Source of the DNA: an uncultured Chloroflexia bacterium
GTDB taxonomy: Bacteria; Chloroflexota; Anaerolineae; Anaerolineales; UBA4823
Reading direction: 5' to 3'
Assembly: GCA_963842455.1 (NCBI GenBank)
Contig: CAWJHE010000004.1
Location: forward strand, 746-64,745
DNA: 64,000 bases
Each line of letters begins with the position of its first letter. Position 1 is the stretch's first letter. Below, one piece after another: positions 1-9,325 of the stretch. The translations under genes and the position numbers were made by a program. The notes under the pieces were generated by a model that was not told the DNA's origin, did no database searches, and worked only from the letters and a program-made list of their open reading frames with translations.

Positions 1-132
1 AATGACCTGACACTTTGGTCGAGGGGAAGGGAAAGAAGCTAAGAATTCATCCAGATTGTTCAAAGGCGCAAACATCCACATATTCGGAACGAGCAGCCAC
101 AATACTAACCTCACTTTTTAGATAAGCCCATC

Positions 133-225
133 GCACCTCGTATGTTATGCAAAATGATCTGAGCGATAGGTTTTCAACGAAATCTCTGCAGACTCTGCGG
201 CTTTGCGAGAGATCAAAAATGATAA
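133..225 (+). repeat. Solo copy of intergenic repeat family A (~85-95 bp unit: '..tgcaaaatgatctg.gagataggctttcaa..ctctgcggactctgcggctctgcgagaga..')
   Basis: It aligns by eye, in the same orientation, to the three tandem units at 5611-5910. Confidence 0.55.
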
Positions 226-538
226 ACCTCTCAATCTCCTCTGGCACTGTATCGCCGCTGCCTAGCAAATGATGCCCCCCACTGGGAATTCTATCAAGCC
301 AACAGGCCCAATTTATCCTCAATAACCTCCTGATAGTTCTGAATAAAGCCATCGAGTTCTTCATGTGACTCTACAAAAGCCGATAAATCCAAGAATACGT
401 CCTGTCGTCTAATAGAAAGCGCGCCGACAGCCAGATGCCAAAAGGGCTCATCTGGCCGTGGCCGGAGATACCTAGCTTTCGATCACATGAATCTGATCGC
501 CATAAACCGTGCAGAAAAAAACGCTCAACGGGAGCAGG

Positions 539-1057
539 CTATCCTAAGCGAGGATAAAGCTCCTCTGCCCACAGGCGGATAGCCCCCCAGTCGCGGTGGT
601 CGCCTTCTTTCCAGGCGCCAAACAGCACGCTCAGGCGGAACTTGAACCGGTCCCCAAAAGAGGGGATTTTTTGGATATCCAGGACGCCGGCGAACAGACC
701 CTCACTGACCGGTTTCACCCTGGCACGCACCGGCGCCATCCAGGCTGCCACATGCTGGCGGTATTGGGAGGCATTCTTCATCGCCAGGGTCATGCACACC
801 AGGAAAGTAGCCACCGGTACTCGGGATAACTCCACCTGGTGCGCTTCGACAAATTGCAGGGCATCCGGCAGCCACTGGGCGCCATTGATAGCGCTGCCAA
901 GCACAACAGCATGGTAGGGTGAGAGATCACGGACGGCTTTTACCGGCAGCACATCAACCTGCGCTCCGCATTCAGTTAGGGTCTTACCAATCGCTTCAGC
1001 CACACCGGCCGTGGCGCCAAAGCGGCTGGCGTAGGCAACCAGAATTTTCTCAGTCAT
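539..1057 (-). CDS. Flavodoxin-fold protein (Flavodoxin_5 / HemG-like)
   Basis: 172 aa. The N-terminus 'KILVAYASRFGATAGVAEAI' is typical of flavodoxin-like proteins and the ORF is clean. Confidence 0.75.
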   Translation of the reverse strand: MTEKILVAYASRFGATAGVAEAIGKTLTECGAQVDVLPVKAVRDLSPYHAVVLGSAINGAQWLPDALQFVEAHQVELSRVPVATFLVCMTLAMKNASQYRQHVAAWMAPVRARVKPVSEGLFAGVLDIQKIPSFGDRFKFRLSVLFGAWKEGDHRDWGAIRLWAEELYPRLG

Positions 1058-1073
1058 GGATCATTTCCTTTCG

Positions 1074-1802
1074 TTAAGCGCTGTGCGCAGAAAACAGCCT
1101 GAATGCTATCAAAATATGGTAAATCATCAAGGCCAAACCGCCTATCAAAGATGTTAGCATGGCTGTCGAAAAAAGCTGCGGGGAAAAGGCGGCTAAGGTG
1201 AAAAAGATGAGCATACAGGTGAAACCCAGGATGCCAAGCCAGGCTATCTTCTTGCTGAATACCCCGGCGCGTAATAACACCAGTGCCATGATCAAGCCGC
1301 CTAATTGGGTGTAACCCAGCCCCATAAAAGTGCCAGGGGTCAGATCCGCGCCCTGCGCCAGTGCTGCCCTTGCTGCTTCTTCCAGGAAAACCCTTTGTGA
1401 ATCGGATGCCAGCGCATATTGACTGCTGATTGCCAACATGGAGAAAACCGTGTTGCTCGAGATATAGATGGCGACCCCGATGAAGTAGAGTGTAGCTGCT
1501 AACCCGGCAAAGGCTGGGTTGGTCTGCCGGTGAACGTGAAATAATGCCAGGTAGACCGGAATGCCCAGGCTGAGCGTGATGATATTAATCAAGCCCAAAT
1601 TGCTGAGAGCCGTGATAGGACTGGTTTCAAATAGATGAAACCAGTCAGTCACTGGAACGGCATGGTTTGACGCGGCCTCTCCAGCGGCCATAGACAATAT
1701 CGTATCAGCAATCCCCGCCGCCACGATCAACAAAGCTGCTAGCCCGGCGATGGTGTAAAAGTTTTTCCAATGTGAATCAACGCTGATTTTGGTTGTACTC
1801 AT
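1074..1802 (-). CDS. Polytopic integral membrane protein, function unknown
   Basis: 242 aa with repeated hydrophobic helices. Its start overlaps the upstream stop as ATGA (1799-1802). Confidence 0.6.
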   Translation of the reverse strand: MSTTKISVDSHWKNFYTIAGLAALLIVAAGIADTILSMAAGEAASNHAVPVTDWFHLFETSPITALSNLGLINIITLSLGIPVYLALFHVHRQTNPAFAGLAATLYFIGVAIYISSNTVFSMLAISSQYALASDSQRVFLEEAARAALAQGADLTPGTFMGLGYTQLGGLIMALVLLRAGVFSKKIAWLGILGFTCMLIFFTLAAFSPQLFSTAMLTSLIGGLALMIYHILIAFRLFSAHSA

Positions 1803-2635
1803 GCTGTTAAAGCCTCCTTTGGGCCAGATTTCATGTTAAAGAATAGAAACAGACTGGCGGTCAAGCCTAATGCCGTCAAGGTTCCCCACAAAGGTATTTC
1901 GTTAGTTTCAGTTACTCCCCGACTTAAAGCCAGATAACTATTGAAACCCAAGACCAGGGTGTACAAGGGTCCTTTTACACTCAGAATGCCAGCAATCACA
2001 AATCCCCAAGGCTGGCGTTTCAATAACCAAACTGCAGCTACGATTAACCAGGGAATGAGCAGGGTCAGATCCAGGGCAAAGACCACGTTGGTCGGATGCC
2101 CAGCCAAGATCACAATTGCCGGAAGCTGACCCGTGATGATAAAGTTAAGCGATTGAAGAATATATACCAGGCTTAAGCCAGCCGCCACGAAGAGGAAGTA
2201 GCCTGCGATCCACTTAACGGGTGTGTGTTTAGAAAATTGCTGCTGAATGGCTGGCAAGTCTAAATTTACCAGCCCCAGGATCAAGGCAAAGATCGATAAT
2301 CCAAGCAAAGCAGCATACACCAGGAAGAAGGCATTGAACGCCGCGCCAAACAAATAAAAGGCATAGTTGTAAAGCATATAATCCAGCATTCCCAACCAGA
2401 TCAGCTGGGCTTTGAGCGAGCCGCGTCTGGAAGTAACCATCGCCAGGGTTAGAATTGGGATGGCCAGGAATAAGGTGATTAAATCATTGCCAAACCAGGT
2501 GGTTGTCACAAAACGATTATCGCGATAGAGGTTATCGAACAAAAGCCCCCCAGCGGAAGCAATCAAGGCTAGCACAACGATAGCTATCGATAACCAGAGA
2601 ACGGATTTAGATGTTGCCAATATGGGACCCTCCAA
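1799..2635 (-). CDS. Polytopic integral membrane protein, function unknown
   Basis: 278 aa and highly hydrophobic. It is translationally coupled to the downstream membrane ORF. Confidence 0.65.
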   Translation of the reverse strand: MEGPILATSKSVLWLSIAIVVLALIASAGGLLFDNLYRDNRFVTTTWFGNDLITLFLAIPILTLAMVTSRRGSLKAQLIWLGMLDYMLYNYAFYLFGAAFNAFFLVYAALLGLSIFALILGLVNLDLPAIQQQFSKHTPVKWIAGYFLFVAAGLSLVYILQSLNFIITGQLPAIVILAGHPTNVVFALDLTLLIPWLIVAAVWLLKRQPWGFVIAGILSVKGPLYTLVLGFNSYLALSRGVTETNEIPLWGTLTALGLTASLFLFFNMKSGPKEALTA

Positions 2636-2654
2636 AGATTTCGAAATTACTTTC

Positions 2655-3254
2655 CTATTCAGAATTTTTTATATGTTTTTTGTAAAAGTGTTCAGCAAAC
2701 CAGACCAGGAGGAACATCAAGACCAAAACTTCGGCAAAACCTACCGAAGCCAGCAATGGCAGTGAGAGTTGATCCTTTACCAAAGTGACAAGTTGCCCCA
2801 TCGGTTGTAGATTCTTTAGTGAAAACCAAGCCAACGGGTTAACCATCCAGAATATACGCCAGCCAGGATGCCAAGATTGATCACCACCCCCATGATCAGC
2901 CATGGATGCCAGTAAAGCCCAAGCAGCAGTAAGGATAGAGCTGATCCAATCACCGCGAAGGTTTGCCAGGCAGCGCTTAATCCCGGGAAACCCAATAAAC
3001 CGATCGCCGCTACAATAAAAAACACCAGGGAGACCAGCCATAACATCCAGCCAACGGCTCGAACAAGACTATCACCTAATCCAAAGCGGCTGATCGGCCA
3101 GGCCGGGTCCACATTCGGTCGCCACCAGGCAGGCAGGTAAGGCGTACGCAACGCGCCAGGCTGAGGCACAGGAACAGTCGCCAGGCTCATGGCTATCAAT
3201 CCATGCAGCACTAGAAAGACAGCAAATATCGATCCGAAGGCTTTGTGAATTCAT
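2655..3254 (-). CDS. Small membrane protein, apparently split over three frames (two frameshifts)
   Basis: An ATG at 3254 is followed by '..KAFGSIFAVFLVLHGLIAMS..' in the next frame. The hydrophobic sequence continues in a third frame ('FWMVNPLAWFSL...LVLMFLLVWFAEHFYKK'). The listed ORFs 2816-3211 and 2655-3041 look like pieces of one gene. Confidence 0.35.
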
Positions 3255-3419
3255 GTAAGCATTTATCCTATCTAATTTTTTAATATACAAAATTTTTTCG
3301 GCTGCCCAGTAACCATGCAAACACAGAAGAAATAACACTTAATCATCAGACCAGTGTATTCCCCAATTTCTGGCTAGCTTGGGAGCAATTTCAATTGGAT
3401 ATTGGATCGGAAACTTTGT

Positions 3420-4016
3420 TTAGGGGCTTTCTGATTTTGTCAAATACGCGTCCTGGATAGCCTCCCGAAAATGGGCTGCCAGTATTCTCAAAGGGTCAGA
3501 TGTGCGATGAACACGGCTGAGCAGGATGCCGCCTTCCAGGCTGACCATGATCAAACAGGCTTTTTCTTTCGCCAGCGCCGGGCTCATTCCTGAGCTGGTC
3601 ATCTTCTCTTCAAACGCAGATTGTAATTGGGCGTACACCTGCCGGCAAGCCTGGCTGATGCGCTCACTGGCAGCAGCCGACTCGATCGCTACGATGCTGA
3701 GCGGGTTGCCAGCTGAGAATTGCTTTTCCTCAATTTTGTCTGCCAGGCGTAAAATATAGGCATAGATCGCCTGGATTGGATCTGGATCTTTATCCAATTC
3801 TGCCCGCAAACGGTTTACCAGGATTTCTCCAGAATAGAGCACGGCCTCGCTGACAAGCTGTTCCTTGCCCTCTGGAAAATAATGGTAAAGAGAGCCCTTC
3901 GGCGCGCCGCTTTTTCGGACGATTTCGTTTAAACCAGTTGCCGGGAAGCCTTGTTTTTCAAGCAGAAAACAGGTGGCCTGGATAATTTGTTCTCGCGTGG
4001 TAGACATCAGGAACAT
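3420..4016 (-). CDS. TetR/AcrR family transcriptional regulator
   Basis: The N-terminal HTH 'TREQIIQATCFLLEKQGFPATGLNEIVRKSGAPKGSLYHYFPEGKEQL' is a classic TetR_N signature. Confidence 0.9.
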   Translation of the reverse strand: MFLMSTTREQIIQATCFLLEKQGFPATGLNEIVRKSGAPKGSLYHYFPEGKEQLVSEAVLYSGEILVNRLRAELDKDPDPIQAIYAYILRLADKIEEKQFSAGNPLSIVAIESAAASERISQACRQVYAQLQSAFEEKMTSSGMSPALAKEKACLIMVSLEGGILLSRVHRTSDPLRILAAHFREAIQDAYLTKSESP

Positions 4017-4188
4017 CCTATTGTTGCGGAATTCTCACGATTATATCGACCGGTCTAATTAATGTCAAGAGGTGCAATTGGCAATTTCACTTTTAGCCTG
4101 TAACGAGTATGATTTTGTAATCCGAGAGGAAATGATTGTGCAGGTATAGAAACATCATTTTGTGCGGATACGGTATAATCTTACCATA

Positions 4189-4407
4189 ATGACGATCGAT
4201 AATTGCTGGGATTTATGGAAGAGAAGGCAATTAATGACTGGCAGTGATGTCAATCGTACCCGAGCTTACTTAGCTATTGTGACCCATTTGGAACGGATAA
4301 CCATGTTTCGTCCACTCGAATCAATTAAAGACACCCATCAAAGAGAACAAGCCAAAAAGTTGCGAATCTGGTTCGAAGAAAGTTTCCTTAAGGACAAGCA
4401 TGAATGA
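4189..4407 (+). CDS. Small basic hypothetical protein (72 aa from the ATG at 4189)
   Basis: An ORF with TATAAT (4174-4179) 9 nt upstream of the ATG. It overlaps the next ORF by 8 nt. No recognisable domain. Confidence 0.3.
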   Translation: MTIDNCWDLWKRRQLMTGSDVNRTRAYLAIVTHLERITMFRPLESIKDTHQREQAKKLRIWFEESFLKDKHE

Positions 4408-4639
4408 CAATCACTGGCTGGACGGGTCTTTATATCCTGACATGGACCCACCCGACACACTAGATACCCTACCCGAGCAGGTGGATTTCCTGGCACGTTT
4501 ATGCGCTGCCTGGGATTTTGGCATCCTGCCAGAGGAAAGCACCGTTATAGGAGATCCGCAAACCCGAATGGACTCCTGCCGTCGATGCCTGCCGTTTATT
4601 GACCTCGCCAGCCTATCATCTGTTGCGCCGCTGGCATAA
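4400..4639 (+). CDS. Small acidic hypothetical protein (79 aa)
   Basis: D/E-rich ORF whose ATG lies inside the last codons of the preceding ORF. No recognisable domain. Confidence 0.3.
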   Translation: MNDNHWLDGSLYPDMDPPDTLDTLPEQVDFLARLCAAWDFGILPEESTVIGDPQTRMDSCRRCLPFIDLASLSSVAPLA

Positions 4640-4729
4640 CCTGTCGCGCCTGCCTTATTTAGGCCAGGATACTCGCCTACATTCGCGACGATCCCTGCCT
4701 GTCCCAGGTATAAACCCATGTCTCAAAAT

Positions 4730-5593
4730 ATGAAAGATAAAGATTTGCCTGGTCACAGGCGCTACTTCGGGTATCGGCAAGGAAACGGCCGCAGCCCTGG
4801 CATCCCAGGGCGCCACAGTCGTAATCACCGGACGCCGTCAGGCCAGAATTGAGGCTAGCTGTCCAGGAGATTAGCGCCAAGACCGGCAGCCCGAATATCC
4901 ATTCCCTGCAAGCCGATTTCTCCAACCTGGAAGAAGTGCAGGCGCTGGCAAACGCCTTCAAAGAGCGCTTCCAGCGGCTGGATGTTTTGGTGAATAATGC
5001 CGGCGCTTATTTCAACCGGCGCCATGAAAGGCTGGGGGAGGTCGAGCTGACCTTGGTGGTCAACCACCTGGCGCCATTTCTTTTGACCGGTCTGCTCTTG
5101 GACAGGTTGCTCTCCAGTTCACCAGCGCGTATCGTCAACGTCTCCTCCGGCGCGCATCATTATGACAAGCATGGATTTCAATAACCTGGGCTTTCAACGC
5201 GGTTATTTTGGGCTAAAAGCCTATGCCCGCTCCAAACTGGCCAATATCCTATTCACCTATGAGCTCGACCGCCGGTTGGGAAAGAACGGGGTCACGGTCA
5301 ACGCTGTGCACCCAGGGCAGGTCACCACCGACATCTGGCGCACCAACTTCTCAATTTTTGGACCCCTCGTCCAATGGCTGATCAGCTTGAATGCCCTAAC
5401 ACCCGAACAAGGAGCGCAGCCAGTAATACACCTGGCTTCATCTCCGCAAGCCGAGGGTATCTCCGGGAAATATTTTAACCGCATGAAAGTCCAGAAATCC
5501 TCTGCAATATCCTACGATGAAGTCCTGGCACAGCGTCTTTGGGGCGAGAGTGAGCGCCTGACAGGTTACCACTACCCTGAGATTACCTGTTAA
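4730..5593 (+). pseudogene. Short-chain dehydrogenase/reductase (SDR) interrupted by at least 3 frameshifts
   Basis: The Rossmann motif '[21 protein letters not shown]' lies in a frame with no start codon. 'VLVNNAGA' and 'YARSKLANILFTYEL' (the YxxxK motif) lie in two further frames. The breaks are near 4735, 4855 and 5165. Confidence 0.7.
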
Positions 5594-5610
5594 TTCTCTG
5601 GAAAAAGCTT

Positions 5611-5910
5611 GGCACCTTGTAGGTCATGCAAAATGGTCTGTGTAATAAGCTTTCAAAAAAACTCTGCGGATCTGCGAGAGATCAAAAAGCTCAACGTACC
5701 TTGTGGGTCATGCAAAATGATCTGTGAGATAGGCTTTCAAAAAAAGCTCTGCGGACTCTGCGGCTCTGCGAGAGAACAAAATTCTCAACGTACCTTGCGG
5801 ATCATGCAAAATGATCTGTGAGATAGGCTTTCAATAAAAAGTTCTGCGGACTCTGCGGCTCTGCGAGAGATAAGAAAATCTTTGCGTACTTTGCGACTTT
5901 GCGAGAAATA
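5611..5910 (+). repeat. Tandem array of three units plus a partial unit of repeat family A (85-95 bp period)
   Basis: Units start at 5611, 5696 and 5790. Each carries 'gtaccttg.gg.tcatgcaaaatgatctgtgagataggctttcaa' followed by 'ctctgcggactctgcggctctgcgagaga'. A degenerate tail 'ctttgcgtactttgcgactttgcgagaaa' follows. Confidence 0.8.
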
Positions 5911-5961
5911 ACCAACTAAAGTTTGTGCTACATAAAGGCTTTGCGAAAGATCAAAAAAATT

Positions 5962-6937
5962 ATGTCTTACATCACCTGGCTACGCCGGCATATCGGCAAT
6001 CAAAAAACGATCCTGGTTTACACCAGCGTGGTGCTACAGGACTCCCAAGGCAGGGTTTTGCTGCAGCGGCGCACCGATATAGATATCTGGGGGCTACCAG
6101 GCGGCATCCTGGAGCCGGGTGAAACCCTGCTTGAATGCGCTCAGCGTGAATTGTTCGAAGAGACTGGCTTAACTGCTGGAGAGATGCGCCTGGTGGGGGT
6201 GTACAGCGAGCCCTGTTATGATGCGATCTACCCCAATGGCGACCAGGTGCAGCAATACACAGTCTGCTTTCAAGCCCAGGTGAATGGCGGCGAGATGCGC
6301 GCAGATGGCGATCGAAACCAGCGCCCTGGCCTTCATGGCGCCAGACGAAATTCCCTATGCTGAGCTGCCAAATTTTTACCAGGCCATGTTAACAGATGCC
6401 CTCCACAGACCAGGGGCTAACGGTTATCAACCCGCGTTCACGCCACCCGTTTCGCAATCGCTGCTGGTCAATCCCATTGAAGTCGTCCGCCCCTTGATCG
6501 GTAATGCCCTCTATGTTGGCGCAGGCGCCATAGCCGTGGTGAAGCGAGCGGACGGAAAATTGTTAGTTGTACGCCGCACGGATAACGGCGAATGGTCCTT
6601 GCCAGGCGGCTTTTTGCATATGGGGGAAAACGCAGCCAACGCTGCCCAACGCGAAGTGCTGGAAGAGACTGGCCTCCACATCCAGATCCAGCGCCTGATG
6701 GGTGTCTTTTCACCCGCCTATAACTGGGTCTATCCCAACGGCGACCAGGTGCACGCAGTGGTATCCGTTTTTAAAGCTATCCCTACCGGCGGCGTGGAAA
6801 AGGCTGACCAGGTCGAAACCAGCCAGGTGGGATGGATGCACCCACAGGAGCTGGCAAGCTTATCAACCCTACCCATTCTAAAAGAACTCAACCAGGCAGT
6901 TATCTCCCATCTGAACCAGGGTGTATTTATCCACTAG
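5962..6937 (+). CDS. Tandem double-NUDIX hydrolase (two Nudix domains), one frameshift near 6300
   Basis: There are two Nudix boxes: 'GLPGGILEPGETLLECAQRELFEETGL' and 'SLPGGFLHMGENAANAAQREVLEETGL'. ORFs 5923-6363 and 6284-6937 join as '..VNGGEMRADG/IETSALAFMAPDEIP..'. Confidence 0.7.
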
Positions 6938-6971
6938 CGCGGAATTACGAGAGTCCATCTCAACCATAGGT

Positions 6972-7294
6972 GAGACTGCTTCGCACAGACCGCTCCTAAT
7001 GACAACTGTCATTGCGAACGAAGTGAAGCAATCTCTCCTCTCGACTGGCGCTGTGATTGCTTCGCACAGAACGCTCGCAATGACGCGCACTGACAGCACA
7101 TGCATGTAACGCAAACTGGCGCATGCTCCTAATGACAAGCGTTATTGCGAGGATAGCGCTCTTTGCCCGGAGGTCAGCGTTCATTGCTGACCCAGCACTC
7201 TCTCCTCTCGACTGGCGCTGAGATTGCTTCGCACAGACCGCTCGCAATGACGCGCACTGGCAGCACATGCATGTAACGCAAACTGTCAGTTTGC
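6972..7294. repeat. Repeat family B cluster (imperfect palindromic 'gtcattgcga..gaagcaatc / gattgcttcg..ctcgcaatgac' elements, with an internal ~164 bp direct duplication)
   Basis: 'ctctcctctcgactggcgctg.gattgcttcgcacaga.cgctcgcaatgacgcgcactg.cagcacatgcatgtaacgcaaactg' occurs twice (about 7033 and 7197). The core is the reverse complement of the units at 18058-18406. Confidence 0.75.
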
Positions 7295-7472
7295 GGATTT
7301 GCTGCAGGCAAATACCCTGTTCACACCATCGCAAGGAATCATCAGCAGCGGCGTGCTTCTCAACTCATAGCTTGAAACAAACTGAAGTTGTTATACATCT
7401 AATGATACAATTTAATCCCCTGTCACAATGGCAGGCCGGGCGGTGTTAATCTATTAGAAACACCGAACCTGC

Positions 7473-8027
7473 GTGCCGAGGCCGGTCATGGCAATGACAC
7501 TATCCAAACACCAAAGTGCAGCTCGTCCACTTGAAAATGATCCAGCCGCATTGGAGACCCTCTTCCATGCGAACTGGGAACGCGTCTGCCGCTTGCTTTA
7601 CCGCTTAACCGGCGATTGGGATGAGGCTCAGGACCTGGCTTTAGAGACCTTTTTCCAGTTTCACCGCAATCCTCCTGGGGATGATACCAACCTGGAGGGC
7701 TGGCTATACCGGGTTGCCTGGCGGTTGGGTTTGAACGCCCTGCGCGCACAAAAAAGGCGACAGACTTACGAACAAGCCGCCGGACAACAAGTGATTGCTG
7801 AGAAAGGGCTCTCGCATAACCGGCAGCTCGAAGAACATATCCAACAGCAAATCGAAGTACGCAAAGCTCTGAGCATTCTACCGCCTCGTTCAGCCCAACT
7901 GCTCCTGCTGCGCTACTCCGGTTTTTCCTACGCCGAGATTGCTGCCATTATGGAAATCGCCCCTACATCTATCGGCGCCTTATTGGCCCGTGCAGAGAAA
8001 GAATTTGAACAAGTATTTGAAGCATGA
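7473..8027 (+). CDS. ECF-type RNA polymerase sigma-70 family factor
   Basis: Region 2 reads 'DWDEAQDLALETFFQF..WLYRVAWRLGLNALR' and the region 4 HTH reads 'LLLLRYSGFSYAEIAAIMEIAPTSIGALLARA'. Confidence 0.9.
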   Translation: MPRPVMAMTLSKHQSAARPLENDPAALETLFHANWERVCRLLYRLTGDWDEAQDLALETFFQFHRNPPGDDTNLEGWLYRVAWRLGLNALRAQKRRQTYEQAAGQQVIAEKGLSHNRQLEEHIQQQIEVRKALSILPPRSAQLLLLRYSGFSYAEIAAIMEIAPTSIGALLARAEKEFEQVFEA

Positions 8028-8038
8028 AGGAGTGAGCC

Positions 8039-9220
8039 ATGCATATTCTAGAAGGTGACATCAGGGCATATGTAGATCGAGAGCTGGAACCAGAAAAGGC
8101 TGCCAAGTTGGAATCACACCTGGCAGAATGCCCGCTTTGCCTGGAAAAATACCAGGCAATCCAAAGCAGGCAACAGCATTTATCCAATGTGTTTGAGGGC
8201 AAAAACATAACCGAGCCCAAGCTGCCCATACAAACACCTGTCGCATGGCGCACTTTGCAAAGCAAGATCAATGAAGATCAGAAGGAGAAAACTAACATGT
8301 GGAAGAACATGCAATCCAGAATACCCCGTCTGGCCTGGATGGCCATGGCGATTGTTTTAATCCTGGCAGTTTCCTTAACTTTTGCGCCGGTTAGAGCCAT
8401 CGCCAATAACTTCCTGGGTTTATTCCGGGTCGAACAAATCCAGGTGGTTGAAGTGGACTACAGAAACCTGTCGAGCCAGTTAGGCGACTCGTCCCAAATC
8501 GAAAATTTCCTATCAGAAAATGTACAGGTTGCTGAAGGTGGTGATACTCAGGAAGTAGCCGATGCCCAGACTGCAGCCCAGATGACTGGCCTGGACGTGC
8601 GCGTGATCAGCGGTTTTGACGGTCCGGTAAAATTCCGCGTTCAGCCTGCGGCAAAAGCCGTTTTTAACATGGATTTAGAGCTGATAGAAGCTATTCTAAA
8701 AGATCTGAACCGCAGCGATATCCATCTTCCGGACTCTATAGATGGCGCCGTGGTTACCGTTGAAATCCCAACTGCGGTCATCTCAAGCTATGGCGATTGT
8801 CCCGAACCGGATGAGGAAAGCGGAGCCGGCGCATATGATCCAGACGACCCGGATAGCTCCCGCATGGCAGATCGTCCCGATTGCATTGGCTTTCTGCAAG
8901 TGCCTGCGCCAACCATCAGCGCCCCGCCAGACCTGGATGTCAACCAGATTGGTCAGGCTTACCTGCAAATCCTGGGGATGAAACCTAAAGAAGCCCAAAA
9001 GTTTGCCCAAAATGTGGATTGGACCAGCACTTTTATCGTCCCAATCCCCAATTCGGGAACCGATTATATAGAAGTCTCGGTGGATGGCGTCAAAGGCACC
9101 TTGATTACCCACCATTCAGGCCAGTTTATCCTGATCTGGCTGAAGGATGGCATTTTACATGCCCTGAGCGGACCTGGGGCAAAAAACCGGGCTTTAGAAT
9201 TAGCCAACGCTCTGCGCTAA
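8039..9220 (+). CDS. Anti-sigma factor (zf-HC2, single TM helix, large extracytoplasmic domain)
   Basis: It has the H-x3-C-x2-C motif 'HLAECPLC' and a TM helix 'LAWMAMAIVLILAVSLTF'. It sits 11 nt downstream of the ECF sigma gene, with an AGGAG Shine-Dalgarno. Confidence 0.75.
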   Translation: MHILEGDIRAYVDRELEPEKAAKLESHLAECPLCLEKYQAIQSRQQHLSNVFEGKNITEPKLPIQTPVAWRTLQSKINEDQKEKTNMWKNMQSRIPRLAWMAMAIVLILAVSLTFAPVRAIANNFLGLFRVEQIQVVEVDYRNLSSQLGDSSQIENFLSENVQVAEGGDTQEVADAQTAAQMTGLDVRVISGFDGPVKFRVQPAAKAVFNMDLELIEAILKDLNRSDIHLPDSIDGAVVTVEIPTAVISSYGDCPEPDEESGAGAYDPDDPDSSRMADRPDCIGFLQVPAPTISAPPDLDVNQIGQAYLQILGMKPKEAQKFAQNVDWTSTFIVPIPNSGTDYIEVSVDGVKGTLITHHSGQFILIWLKDGILHALSGPGAKNRALELANALR

Positions 9221-9246
9221 AACCCGATCTGCTTTTTCTCTCATTT

Positions 9247-9289
9247 ACAGGTAGACAGAACCCCCTGTCTACCTGTATACTTTTTCTTA
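9247..9289 (+). terminator. Candidate intrinsic terminator after the anti-sigma gene
   Basis: A perfect 12-bp stem 'acaggtagacag'/'ctgtctacctgt' with a 7-nt loop is followed by 'atacttttt'. Confidence 0.55.
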
Positions 9290-9325
9290 AACAGAAAGAA
9301 GAAAGATCAGCATGGTGAATTTGGT

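Noticed and set aside
47-364. 105-aa ORF at the window start; part of it ('IPSGGHHLLGSGDTVPEEIERFIIF') vaguely resembles an alpha/beta-hydrolase C-terminus
   Set aside because: Its C-terminal half is a translation of the family A repeat, and there is no room for the rest of a hydrolase before the flavodoxin gene. At best it is a gene remnant, and I cannot support it.
5611-5910. Possible CRISPR array, because of the regularly spaced repeats
   Set aside because: The 85-95 bp units are contiguous with no unique spacers between them. The unit is far longer than a CRISPR repeat, and there are no cas genes in the window.
6878-7449. ORFs 6878-7138, 6921-7109, 6996-7334 and 7267-7449
   Set aside because: They lie entirely within the family B repeat cluster on both strands, and their sequences are simply translated repeats.
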